Below, one piece after another: positions 19,165 through 28,207 of a DNA stretch of 54,782 nucleotides. How positions within the stretch are numbered: position 1 is the stretch's first letter; each line of letters begins with the position of its first letter. Under the pieces are notes generated by a model. It worked only from the letters and a program-made list of their open reading frames with translations. It did no database searches and was not told the DNA's origin. Origin of the DNA: Candidatus Liptonbacteria bacterium (GTDB lineage Bacteria; Patescibacteriota; Minisyncoccia; UBA6257; 2-01-FULL-56-20); assembly GCA_016867315.1 (NCBI GenBank), contig VGJV01000005.1, positions 1 through 54,782 on the forward strand, written 5' to 3'. The translations under genes and the position numbers were made by a program.

Positions 19165-19689
19165 TCAAGAAATCAAAAGCCGAGGATCATCAGGAAGCTG
19201 ATCAATACCTCCAAACTCTTCCACCATAATGGATTTGATTTGAAGTTGAATTTCCGGCCGAAGATGAGGATACGTCTGCTCACTTACTCCGATACTTGCG
19301 CAATTATCTTCTATAAAGGTATCGGGGAGCGGCTGCATCTTTTCTACCACCCCCGCATAAGTCTCATTCTGCCCTCGATGATAGATAATCCCTTTTGGAA
19401 ACCCGTATTGATTCAAAACTTCTTCGTCTGCTTTCAAACCCTCTTTCCCCACCACCTCATCCCCCCTGCTTTTTTTATTTTCGGTAAGCGCACTTAAATA
19501 CGAAATCACCGCTCCGCGCCGCACCCACTCATTGAGCTTCTGTGCCGCGTTCCCAATCGGAATATAATTTCGGAAATCCCGCACCGACTCCTCCTGCTCG
19601 ATAACTTGTTGAATAATCTGCTCCCGCGCCAAGCCTGCCGCATTTTTGTGCATAATAATCGTGCCTTGTAGAAAAATCAGTATTTTCAT
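19165..19689 (-). CDS. Hypothetical protein, possibly HAD-fold
   Basis: MKILIFLQGT (degenerate motif I), ISYLS, FIEDN (motif IV-like). Confidence 0.65.
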   Translation of the reverse strand: MKILIFLQGTIIMHKNAAGLAREQIIQQVIEQEESVRDFRNYIPIGNAAQKLNEWVRRGAVISYLSALTENKKSRGDEVVGKEGLKADEEVLNQYGFPKGIIYHRGQNETYAGVVEKMQPLPDTFIEDNCASIGVSEQTYPHLRPEIQLQIKSIMVEEFGGIDQLPDDPRLLIS

Positions 19690-19734
19690 ATTGCTGCGTC
19701 AGTCCGCGCAAAGTCGGCGTTTATTCACGGCTTC

Positions 19735-20331
19735 CTAGTGAAACCCCAAGTCCGCCGGATTATCGTCTCCGGAAATACGGATTACCTCTCCTCCTTGTTC
19801 TTCAAATTCCTCCCGAAGTTTTGCTACTTCCCGCGCAAGCTTAAATGTTTCTTCGGGCACTTCCTTCTTAACCCGCCACTTCGTCCAAAACTCGATCACG
19901 AGCTTACTATCGCCGAACACCTTTTTAACATCCTCGGCCATCGCAATTTCAATTGCGTATTTGCATGCGAGGAGCTCGCCGTAGTTATTCGTTACCTCTT
20001 TTCCAAGCAAATGTTTCCCGCGCGTGAGTTCCTCTTTGGAAATTGCCTTGTGAAGCAAATTTTTTCCTTTTTCATCCGTCACGCTGATCTCCACTCCTTC
20101 GCCTCGCCCAGTTCCTGCATCAAAATAAATTCCCGGCTCCAGCTTTTTCACACTTCTCACTTCATACTTCGCCCCTTGCTTTAGCCATTCCTCCGCTTCC
20201 TCCCGCGTGGAAAAACCCTTAAATCGCGCTTCCTCTCCTTTCACAATTTTTTCTGCCTCCGGCCAATTCTCCGCGACTCCCTTTAACTTTTTCGCCGGCA
20301 CAATATACGCGTAAAACTTTTTCTTAGTCAT
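19735..20331 (-). CDS. rnhA: Ribonuclease H1 with N-terminal hybrid-binding (viroplasmin-like) domain
   Basis: FYAY...W.EAEK.VKG..ARFKGFSTREEAEEW; catalytic YFDAG, TNNYGEL, GDSKL, ADLG; start ATG 20331. Confidence 0.85.
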   Translation of the reverse strand: MTKKKFYAYIVPAKKLKGVAENWPEAEKIVKGEEARFKGFSTREEAEEWLKQGAKYEVRSVKKLEPGIYFDAGTGRGEGVEISVTDEKGKNLLHKAISKEELTRGKHLLGKEVTNNYGELLACKYAIEIAMAEDVKKVFGDSKLVIEFWTKWRVKKEVPEETFKLAREVAKLREEFEEQGGEVIRISGDDNPADLGFH

Positions 20332-20481
20332 AAAAATGAGAATAAGTTCGGACAATCCTTATATAACTCAACAACTTGCGAAGACATACATTGGGCGGGG
20401 ATTCTCGGAATGCGACGGCATGAGAGTATAGCTACTGCGAGAGCCCCTCGCAGATAGCGTCCCAGCAAAATGTATGTCGAG

Positions 20482-21303
20482 CTACCTCCATGGAAGCTTA
20501 CTTCCAAGCGGCAAATTGAACCCCGATGCCGCCTTATGCCCCCCTCCTCCATATTTCTCCGCAATTTTCGACACATCTACCTTCCCTTCCGAGCGCAAAG
20601 AAAATTTTATGGAATTTTTCTCCTCTCGCCACACGATTCCAAAAGGAGGCTTTTTCTTCGCAAGCGCATGCCCGATCTCCGACTCGAGTGCCGAAGAATT
20701 CACCGCAAGCACTTTGTATCCCTCAAACTTTACCAACTGCGCCTTTTCTATCATATCTTCCACAATGCGCTGCTTGTATCGCAAAACCATTGTTCCCCCC
20801 TTTACTGCATGAGCCCGGCTCTTCGCTCCGGCATATTCCTTATTCAACTTGTCCCATGTTTTGAAATCAAAATCATGAAGGATCATGTATGCGCTCAACT
20901 CCCGCGAATACGGCAATTTAAACTTCCACAAATCCACATCCTCGATATATTTCAAAAGCGTGGGAACCGGCTTCTTAGGAAAGAAATATTCCCAAGCTAA
21001 AACAGCTCCGGAATGCTCGAGCGAAAACCAAAACTCCGGCGCCAGCTCCATCTTGGGCTTCGCAGAGAGATGGTGATCGATGAGCACCACATGCGCCGCT
21101 TCCTTCACCATTTTCTCTACCGCCGCCGCAGGCTCGGGCGTGAAATCAATGCAATATACCTCCCTGCCGCGCACATCAGGCAACGGCTCATCCCGCCGCG
21201 CCCCAAAATATTCCGCTTTGTTACCGAATTTTTTCCACGCCGCCCACGCCCCGCTGAATCCGTCGGGACAATCTCCATGATAGATAATCAGTATCTTTTT
21301 CAT
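20482..21303 (-). CDS. DHH/DHHA1 family phosphoesterase
   Basis: YHGDCPDG, CIDF, IDHH, SGAVLAW, IEDVDLW, SLRS, GGGGH..ASG. Confidence 0.92.
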   Translation of the reverse strand: MKKILIIYHGDCPDGFSGAWAAWKKFGNKAEYFGARRDEPLPDVRGREVYCIDFTPEPAAAVEKMVKEAAHVVLIDHHLSAKPKMELAPEFWFSLEHSGAVLAWEYFFPKKPVPTLLKYIEDVDLWKFKLPYSRELSAYMILHDFDFKTWDKLNKEYAGAKSRAHAVKGGTMVLRYKQRIVEDMIEKAQLVKFEGYKVLAVNSSALESEIGHALAKKKPPFGIVWREEKNSIKFSLRSEGKVDVSKIAEKYGGGGHKAASGFNLPLGSKLPWR

Positions 21304-21309
21304 TCGCGT

Positions 21310-21354
21310 TCATTATGCCATTCTATTTTCTATATTTCTAATCTCTATTTTCTA
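21310..21354. repeat. 45-bp direct repeat copy A (stop codon + 7-bp tract + -10 box)
   Basis: 44/45 identical to 40042-40086. Confidence 0.9.
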
Positions 21355-23133
21355 ACTAACCTCTGCTTGATAGCAGGTCTCACAATACACCGTCTCAGGC
21401 CTATCTGGCGCATAGGAAGTTTCGAATGAAACTTCACAGTGATCATTTCCATGGCTGTGACTCGCGGAATTTTTATACACTCCATTTTCCGAAACCTGTC
21501 CCGAACATGCACATTTTCTCTTCCAAAGTTTAATGGGATTCCGCTGCCGGAGCCGCGCATAATGGCGACAACTGGGACATAGGCGAGGCAAAGGAATATT
21601 CATCTGCCGGTAAAATTGGAGTTCCGCCTGAATTATCTTAAAAGCCTTCGTACATTGTTCCGTACAGGCTCCATTGTGTTCACACTGTATGATTTCGTTC
21701 ACGATCGAATCAGGCACTTCCGCAATCGTGCGCGGAAGATGCGCAGATGTCTTTGTTGGCTCATAATGTCGATCTTCCGCTTCTTTGAATATATATCCTT
21801 CCGCAGATGCTTGCTCCTTTGTTATAGGAAACATTTCCTGCGCGATGGTTTCGTTATAAGCAAAAGGGCTGAGTTCCGCAGGGAAGAACTCTCCAAATTT
21901 GTAAATGCGGCCTTTCTTGTCGATGTAAGGCTTTTGCTCCATATGCTCGATAAGCTGGGGCACCATTGCTTCGTATTCCTCTTTCGAATACTGCTTGTTC
22001 AAAATGCAGTATTGCTTATTGCGCATCCCCACGCATCCGAAAAGATATGAGCAGTTATGATTGTTATAGGAATAATAGATATCGTGGGAATCAAACGTGA
22101 ATCGTGAGAAAAACACCTTGCTTCCCGGGTAAATTGTGGAACATTCATATCCCAATTCGGTATTTTTTCCTACCCGATCCACGTCCATACTGTCCTGCAC
22201 TTTAGAGTATGCAAGCCAGGTATTGACACAGTCCTCCGCGCCTCCGAAAACATCGAAGCAATATTTGCAGTTTTTCGTTTGCTCAAGATTGTCTCCGGTT
22301 GAATTCGTGGCGTGCACCATGCGTGCAAACCGTCGCGGGAAATCCAATTTATGCTTTTCGAATCGTTCCCGAATTTTTTGCACTGATGCGACATTACTGA
22401 TATCGAATTCCTTTATTTTCTCTAAATATTCTTCCTTGGTGTACTGCTCGTTAAAAATACAATAGGACTTATTCTTCAAATTCACACAACCGAGGCAATC
22501 GTGGCAATTGTAGCAGTTGAAAAGAAAGGCGGAGTTGTAACATCCATCACAGTAACGACTATAAAGAAGACGAGAACAGGAAATGCAATCCACCGTTTCA
22601 TAATTGAATTCGCATTTCGAGATCCAATACGTATCCGCACACTCTTTACTCGTGAAAGAATAGGTGGAGTAAAGCGTATTCTCATTGAAATCCCCGCCGA
22701 ATACCAGGTAGCAGTTTTTATTCCCTTCGGTAATGCTGCAATACTCGCTATTTACCGGATTGATATTTAAAAGCGCGATATCAGGCACTTCTGTCCAAAG
22801 TTCCTTGAGCTGCGTGAAAAACGGCTTTGAAAAATCTACGTCGCGCGCATAGGTCGAAGCGTCCCAGTTATTCCCCCACCATTCTTTATGGCAATACACC
22901 CGCTGAGGATTATCGGGCGAGAAAATGGAGATCATCTGCTCGTTATGCCCCGGCGCTTGGCACGTTCGCTTATAGAGCGTGCGCTCGTTTCGATATGCCA
23001 TCCGTCGCTGCACCCGACAATCAAAACAAAACGTCGGCGCAGGAATTTTGAGTTTTTTAAAGAAATCAAAGTCTTGAGCGTTCAATTGAAACGCTCGCTT
23101 ACAATTCTGACAAGTTTTTATCTCTGTTTCCAT
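21352..23133 (-). CDS. Cys-rich multi-zinc-ribbon protein, paralog 1 (CPR family of unknown function)
   Basis: METEIKTCQNC...VPxPTFCxxCR...GCVxLxNKxYCIxNxQY twice...LPRLCPSCR...SYAPDRPETVYCETCYQ; true start ATG 23133. Confidence 0.9.
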   Translation of the reverse strand: METEIKTCQNCKRAFQLNAQDFDFFKKLKIPAPTFCFDCRVQRRMAYRNERTLYKRTCQAPGHNEQMISIFSPDNPQRVYCHKEWWGNNWDASTYARDVDFSKPFFTQLKELWTEVPDIALLNINPVNSEYCSITEGNKNCYLVFGGDFNENTLYSTYSFTSKECADTYWISKCEFNYETVDCISCSRLLYSRYCDGCYNSAFLFNCYNCHDCLGCVNLKNKSYCIFNEQYTKEEYLEKIKEFDISNVASVQKIRERFEKHKLDFPRRFARMVHATNSTGDNLEQTKNCKYCFDVFGGAEDCVNTWLAYSKVQDSMDVDRVGKNTELGYECSTIYPGSKVFFSRFTFDSHDIYYSYNNHNCSYLFGCVGMRNKQYCILNKQYSKEEYEAMVPQLIEHMEQKPYIDKKGRIYKFGEFFPAELSPFAYNETIAQEMFPITKEQASAEGYIFKEAEDRHYEPTKTSAHLPRTIAEVPDSIVNEIIQCEHNGACTEQCTKAFKIIQAELQFYRQMNIPLPRLCPSCRHYARLRQRNPIKLWKRKCACSGQVSENGVYKNSASHSHGNDHCEVSFETSYAPDRPETVYCETCYQAEVS

Positions 23134-23137
23134 TGTT

Positions 23138-24907
23138 CTATACCACCTCCGCCTGATAGCATTGCTCGCAATACACAATCTCAGCTCGTTCAGGCGAGTA
23201 TGATGTCTCAAAACTATTAGGACACACTCCCTCCTCATGGAAATGCACGGCTGAATTTTTATACACTCCGTTTTTAGACATTCCCCCAGCACACACACAT
23301 TCCCGCTTCCAAAGCTTCAAAGGATTCCGATGTTTTGTTCTTTGATAATGGCGGCAATTGGAACAAAGGCGAGGTAAGGGAAGAGAAAGCGTCCTGTATA
23401 GTTGCATCTCGAGAGGGATGACCTTGAAAGCAGTAGAGCACTGTTCCTCGCACTTCCCCGCATGAGCACATTCGATAACCTCGCCGGTAACACTCTCCGG
23501 AACATCAGTGATCCGATCAGGGATATTTGAGGAAGCGAGTGTGATTGTATACTGACGCGCCTCGGGATCTCTCCAAGAAAACCCTTGATGCACCGCGCTT
23601 TCCTTAGTAAGAGGAAAAACTTCTTGAGCCACCGTTTGATTGTAGGAATAAGGAGAAAGTTCGGCGGGGAAAAAGTCTCCGTAGCGGTATTCCTTGCCCT
23701 GTTGATCCCGATAAGGCATTGCGTTCATATGCTCGATTATCTTTGCGCGCAACGTTTCGAAGGATTCCTTCGAATATTGCTTGTTCAAAATACAATATTC
23801 TTTTTGCCGCAACCCTACACAGCCAAAAAGATTCGATGATCCCTCACACGCATCGATATAAGAGGAGTGTGCATCCAACCAACCAAGATGAGTACTCACC
23901 AAATGATACCCCTGAAAACAACCGATGCTATCGTAACAAAGTTCGCTTTTTTCGACTGCTACCCACACATCCTCGCAATCCCTGGCCTTATTGCCATGAA
24001 TCAAAAACTTGCAATCCTCGAGCTCCCGGGAGGAAAAACAGTCAGAAGAATTTTTGGAAAAGCTTATGTCATCCCCTGTAGTCCGCACATTCGAAATCCC
24101 GTGGTAATACTTTACCGGAAAAGTAAGACAAAACCCTAAAAATTCCCATTGAAGCTTCTCGAATCCCGCGTGCGAATCGAGCTTTAGTTCTTTTATTCTC
24201 TGTTCATACTCTTCTTTGGAATATTGCTTATTAAAGATGCAGTAGGACTTATTGCGCAATCCCACTGAAGCTACGCAATCGTGACATCCAGAACAATCTC
24301 GGGAAAGAAAAAGGTTATAAGAATCTTTACAGTCCGAGCAAAATGCAGAGCGAGAAACCTTTTGATAATTCGTGAGCTCCACCGACCATTCACACTCCCG
24401 CGAATGCATAAGATCAACTGAGTTTCTGGAAAGGTGCGAGTTATAAAGATACGCACAATCTTCGTCATTATCACTCACAAACGTGAGATAACAATTCTTA
24501 TTGTATCCCGCGCCATTCACATACTCCGAGTTCACATTATTGAACACGAGCGCATATTGGCGCGGCACCATAATTTGAAGCTCGCGAAATTGAGTAAGAA
24601 ACGGCCGGGAAAAATCTACCTCTCTGCCGTATGAAAGCGGATCCCACGAATCTCCATGGTAACAATCACTGCAATAGACCGGAAAAGGTTTATCCGAAGA
24701 AAACACGGAGATAAGCGACTTATTGCATTTCGCGCACACCCGCCGGAATAAACTCCTTTCATTTCTCCAAGTAAGTCTCCGCTGCAGTCGACAAGAAGGA
24801 CAAAACGTAGGCGCCGGGACCTTAAGCCTTTCAAAAAAAGCAAAGTCCTCCGGCTCGATCGAAAACTCGGTTTTACACGCCTGACATTGTTTAGTTTCTG
24901 TATTCAT
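23138..24907 (-). CDS. Cys-rich multi-zinc-ribbon protein, paralog 2
   Basis: Same architecture; start MNTETKQC (24907) or MGIEM (24919). Confidence 0.9.
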   Translation of the reverse strand: MNTETKQCQACKTEFSIEPEDFAFFERLKVPAPTFCPSCRLQRRLTWRNERSLFRRVCAKCNKSLISVFSSDKPFPVYCSDCYHGDSWDPLSYGREVDFSRPFLTQFRELQIMVPRQYALVFNNVNSEYVNGAGYNKNCYLTFVSDNDEDCAYLYNSHLSRNSVDLMHSRECEWSVELTNYQKVSRSAFCSDCKDSYNLFLSRDCSGCHDCVASVGLRNKSYCIFNKQYSKEEYEQRIKELKLDSHAGFEKLQWEFLGFCLTFPVKYYHGISNVRTTGDDISFSKNSSDCFSSRELEDCKFLIHGNKARDCEDVWVAVEKSELCYDSIGCFQGYHLVSTHLGWLDAHSSYIDACEGSSNLFGCVGLRQKEYCILNKQYSKESFETLRAKIIEHMNAMPYRDQQGKEYRYGDFFPAELSPYSYNQTVAQEVFPLTKESAVHQGFSWRDPEARQYTITLASSNIPDRITDVPESVTGEVIECAHAGKCEEQCSTAFKVIPLEMQLYRTLSLPLPRLCSNCRHYQRTKHRNPLKLWKRECVCAGGMSKNGVYKNSAVHFHEEGVCPNSFETSYSPERAEIVYCEQCYQAEVV

Positions 24908-24950
24908 TTCTATTCCCATTACTATACTCCCATTTCTTGTTTTTCTTCCA

Positions 24951-24982
24951 CTATTTTCTTATTCGCGCGAATAAGAAAATAG
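24951..24982. repeat. Perfect 32-bp palindrome
   Basis: CTATTTTCTTATTCGC|GCGAATAAGAAAATAG. Confidence 0.9.
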
Positions 24983-25001
24983 CCTAATATAAGTCACCGA
25001 T

Positions 25002-25400
25002 TTAGTAATACGCCAACTCGAGCTTTATGCCATCCGGATCGGCAAAAAACACGGCGTAGTAACTCTCAGTATATTCAGGGTATTTTGCAGGCGGATCAAA
25101 AATGAAAACTCCCCTTTCTACGAGGAACGCATGCACGTCATCCACTTCTTGAGGCGACTTTGCCTTAAAACAGAAATGATGTAGCCCCGGTGCTCCAAAT
25201 GCATAGGGATGATTTTTCACTTCCGCTTGCTCGATCCAAATCCCGAACCCTTCGGGAGTTTTGAAACCCACGCAATCCACCTCATCCAGCACCTGCGCGT
25301 ACCCAAGCTTCCCAAAAAGCGCGGCATAAAACGGCGCGCTCTTTTTAAGATCGCTTACTGCTAACTTGATATGTCCCGCCGGATCCTTGGATTCAGTCAT
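25002..25400 (-). CDS. VOC/glyoxalase family protein
   Basis: GHIKLAVSDL, GLHHFCFKAKSPQEVD, YYAVFFADPDGIKLEL. Confidence 0.92.
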   Translation of the reverse strand: MTESKDPAGHIKLAVSDLKKSAPFYAALFGKLGYAQVLDEVDCVGFKTPEGFGIWIEQAEVKNHPYAFGAPGLHHFCFKAKSPQEVDDVHAFLVERGVFIFDPPAKYPEYTESYYAVFFADPDGIKLELAYY

Positions 25401-25409
25401 GGTATTTTC

Positions 25410-25685
25410 CTATTCGCGCGAATTAGCAATGTGAGAAGAAACAAGCGAGACTACCTGAGGCAAAGGGTTGCTCAAACGGTAATATACAGTGAGCCCGTCT
25501 TGACGCTTATCCACCACATCAATCCTATGCAAAAGACCGAGATGTTTAGAAGTAGAAGTGAAGGAAAGCGAAATATGCTCCGCGATATCCGCCACTGATG
25601 CCTCCTCTCGTTTCGAAAGCATCTGAATAATCGCGAGTCGACGACGGTTCGCAAGTCCCTTAAAAACCCTTTCGAGCCGCTTCAT
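25410..25685 (-). CDS. ArsR/SmtB family transcriptional regulator
   Basis: FKGLANRRRLAII..L......VADIAEHISLS..STSKHL..L....VV...QDG..VYYRL. Confidence 0.92.
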   Translation of the reverse strand: MKRLERVFKGLANRRRLAIIQMLSKREEASVADIAEHISLSFTSTSKHLGLLHRIDVVDKRQDGLTVYYRLSNPLPQVVSLVSSHIANSRE

Positions 25686-25719
25686 TAGTTTTTATTGTAG
25701 CATTTCTCGACCACTACAA

Positions 25720-25759
25720 TTCCTTATTTTCTTATTCGCGCGAATAAGAAAATAAGGAA
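25720..25759. repeat. Perfect 40-bp palindrome, same core as 24951-24982
   Basis: TTCCTTATTTTCTTATTCGC|GCGAATAAGAAAATAAGGAA; a degenerate third copy lies at 25403-25428. Confidence 0.9.
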
Positions 25760-25769
25760 AATCAGTTTT

Positions 25770-26885
25770 TCAATTGCCTCTACTTCTTCGAGTGTTTTTA
25801 AGTGCTTCTATGCCCGGCAGTTTCTTTCCAGCCAAAAACTCGAGCATCGCGCCGCCGCCCGTCGAGATAAATCCGAATTTTTTGTCGAGCTTATGCTTCT
25901 TCAAAAACATGACCGTTTCTCCCCCACCCGTCACTGAAAGTGCTTTTTTATTCGCGACCACTGCCTTCACAATCGCGAGATTCCCTTCGTCGAATGGCTT
26001 TTCTTCGATGCGCCCCATCGGTCCGCTCCAAAGAATAGTCTTGGCTTCGCTGATGTAGTCCGCAAATTCCTCTACCGCCTTCGGCCCAATATCCAAAATC
26101 GCGCCGTCTTTCACCTTCCAATCAAGCGGCGCGATCACTTTTCGCATTTTGGCAACTACCTGAAGCGCCTTTTTGTCTTTTGGATTTTCATCCCGTTTCG
26201 AATTTCCCACATCGATGCCACGGAGCGCCAAGATTGTATTCGCCGCCGCCCCACCCAAAAGAAAAGCGTCTGCTTTAGTTTTGAGTGCCTGTATTACTCC
26301 GAGCTTATCTTCCGCTTTGCCGCCGCCCAAAATTACCACCAAGGGCTTCTTCGGTTTCACGGATACTCGCTCGAGAGTTGCAATCTCCTCCTCCAATCCC
26401 AGGCCGGCATAACTCGGCAAAAACTCTTCGACCCCGGTCACCGAATCTTCTTCCCGATGCGAGACCGCAAACGCGTCGTTTACAAAATAATCCGCGAGCG
26501 AGGCAAGCTTCCGCGCAAGCTCCGGTTCGGGCGTCATCTCCTCCTTCAAAAACCGGATATTCTCGAGCAAAAATATCGCACCTTTCGAAGTTCGATGAAT
26601 TTCGCTTTTAATTTCCTCAAATCGAAAATGAGGAATAAACTGCACGGATTTATGAAGCAGTCGCGTGAGTCGCAACGCATCTTTCGCCAGGCTCCATTCC
26701 ATCTCTCGTCCCAAGGGCCTCCCCTTGTGACTCACGACCACGACCGAATTAGCCACGCTTTGGAGTAAGCGCACCGTGGGAAGTGCCGCCTGCAATCGCC
26801 AATCATCTTCAGTATTAAAATCGAGCCGCAACAGCGCGACTCCGCTCAACTTCCCCTTTGGAGTTTTACTCAAAAACCTGATCAT
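25770..26885 (-). CDS. pgk: Phosphoglycerate kinase
   Basis: LRLDFN, SHKGRP, LLENIRF, NDAFAVSHR, LGGGK..DK, GGGET, ISTGGGAMLEFLAGKKLPG; true start ATG 26885. Confidence 0.95.
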   Translation of the reverse strand: MIRFLSKTPKGKLSGVALLRLDFNTEDDWRLQAALPTVRLLQSVANSVVVVSHKGRPLGREMEWSLAKDALRLTRLLHKSVQFIPHFRFEEIKSEIHRTSKGAIFLLENIRFLKEEMTPEPELARKLASLADYFVNDAFAVSHREEDSVTGVEEFLPSYAGLGLEEEIATLERVSVKPKKPLVVILGGGKAEDKLGVIQALKTKADAFLLGGAAANTILALRGIDVGNSKRDENPKDKKALQVVAKMRKVIAPLDWKVKDGAILDIGPKAVEEFADYISEAKTILWSGPMGRIEEKPFDEGNLAIVKAVVANKKALSVTGGGETVMFLKKHKLDKKFGFISTGGGAMLEFLAGKKLPGIEALKNTRRSRGN

Positions 26886-26892
26886 CTCAATG

Positions 26893-26920
26893 CTTCTATT
26901 ATAGCAAGGTATAATAGAAG
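26893..26920. promoter_or_regulatory. Palindromic back-to-back -10 elements for pgk and the ndh-like gene
   Basis: CTTCTATTATA-GCAAGG-TATAATAGAAG gives TATAAT on each strand. Confidence 0.65.
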
Positions 26921-26922
26921 AC

Positions 26923-28206
26923 ATGTCGGGGAAGAAAAACGTCGTAGTGTTGGGCGCCGGCTTCGGCGGCCTTCGCGCTGCGGAACTGCTTGCGAAAAAA
27001 CTCCGCAAAGCCCGTCTTACTGACCGCTACGAAGTGATTCTCGTCGACCGGAGCGAATATCAAACCTATACTCCGCTTCTCTACGAAATCGCGACGACCT
27101 CCAAAGAAACCGCGAATGCGTGCGAACTTCTGAGCGTGGCGACCTATCCCATTCGTTCACTCGTGAAATCCCTTCCCGTTACTTTTCTTGCGAAAGAAAT
27201 CAAAGAAATCGATGCTGAAAAAGGCGTAATTCGCTTTGGAGATATCGACGAACTCCCCTTCGAACACCTCCTCCTCGCCTTGGGCGCGGAAACCAATTAC
27301 TTCGATATTCCCGGCCTCAAAGACCATGCCCTCCCGTTAAAAACCTTTATCGATGCCATGAAGATCCGAGATAAGGTATGGATGCTCGCCATGGAAGGCC
27401 AAAAAATAATAAGGATCATAGTAGGCGGCGCAGGGCCATCGGGAGTAGAAATCGCCGGCGAATTCAAAGCATGGTGCGGCGAATTGGAAAAAGAATTGCA
27501 GGCGTGCAGTTTGGAAGTGATTCTCGTCGAAGGCGCGCCCACAGTGCTCCCGGGATTTGATGCTCGAGTGGTGGACCAAACCACCATAAGGCTCAAAAAT
27601 CTAGGAGTAGAAATCCTCACAAATGAAAAAATCACTTCCGTAGATAAGGAAACTGTAGTACTCGGAAGCGGCAGAAATTTACCCTATGACGTCTGTCTCT
27701 GGACGGGTGGAGTGAAAGGCTCTTCTCTACTCAGGGAACTACCGCTCGAACTCGATCCGCGCGGTCGGCCGCTCGTAAATGACACCATGGAATGCAAAGC
27801 GCTCACCAATTCCATTCTTCACTCCAAAATCTACGGCATAGGCGATGCAGTGTGCTTTATCGATCCTCGCACCCAAAAACCCATTCCGGGCATCGCGCGC
27901 GCGGCGATTGATCAAGGCACCGTCGCCGCCAACAATATTTTTGAAGAAATACAGCAGAAAGAATCAGGAATTAGGAATCATGAATTATGCAAATACGTCC
28001 CGGGAGATTTTCCATACGTCGTGCCGATCGGGGGTAAATTCGCGCTCGCGAAAATTGGCCCGGTCATCATCCGGGGATTTTTCGGCTGGGTACTCAAAGG
28101 CCTTGTGGAATTGAATTATCTCCTTTCGATAATGTCCCTATTTCGGGCATTAAAAATCTGGTTCAAGGGCCTCAAAATCTTCATCCAAAACGACCGGTTG
28201 GGATGA
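26923..28206 (+). CDS. ndh: Type II NADH dehydrogenase-like FAD-dependent oxidoreductase
   Basis: VVVLGAGFGG, YTPLLYE, LALGAETNYF.IPG, GAGPSGVEIAGE, WTGG, IGD, amphipathic C-terminus. Confidence 0.82.
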   Translation: MSGKKNVVVLGAGFGGLRAAELLAKKLRKARLTDRYEVILVDRSEYQTYTPLLYEIATTSKETANACELLSVATYPIRSLVKSLPVTFLAKEIKEIDAEKGVIRFGDIDELPFEHLLLALGAETNYFDIPGLKDHALPLKTFIDAMKIRDKVWMLAMEGQKIIRIIVGGAGPSGVEIAGEFKAWCGELEKELQACSLEVILVEGAPTVLPGFDARVVDQTTIRLKNLGVEILTNEKITSVDKETVVLGSGRNLPYDVCLWTGGVKGSSLLRELPLELDPRGRPLVNDTMECKALTNSILHSKIYGIGDAVCFIDPRTQKPIPGIARAAIDQGTVAANNIFEEIQQKESGIRNHELCKYVPGDFPYVVPIGGKFALAKIGPVIIRGFFGWVLKGLVELNYLLSIMSLFRALKIWFKGLKIFIQNDRLG

Positions 28207-28207
28207 T

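Noticed and set aside
23134-23298. N-terminal extensions given by the ORF track (also pgk 26886-27008, 17921-18019, rplS 5220-5276, 38993-39058)
   Set aside because: They overlap neighbouring genes or promoters; homologous starts and -10 positions point to the shorter starts.
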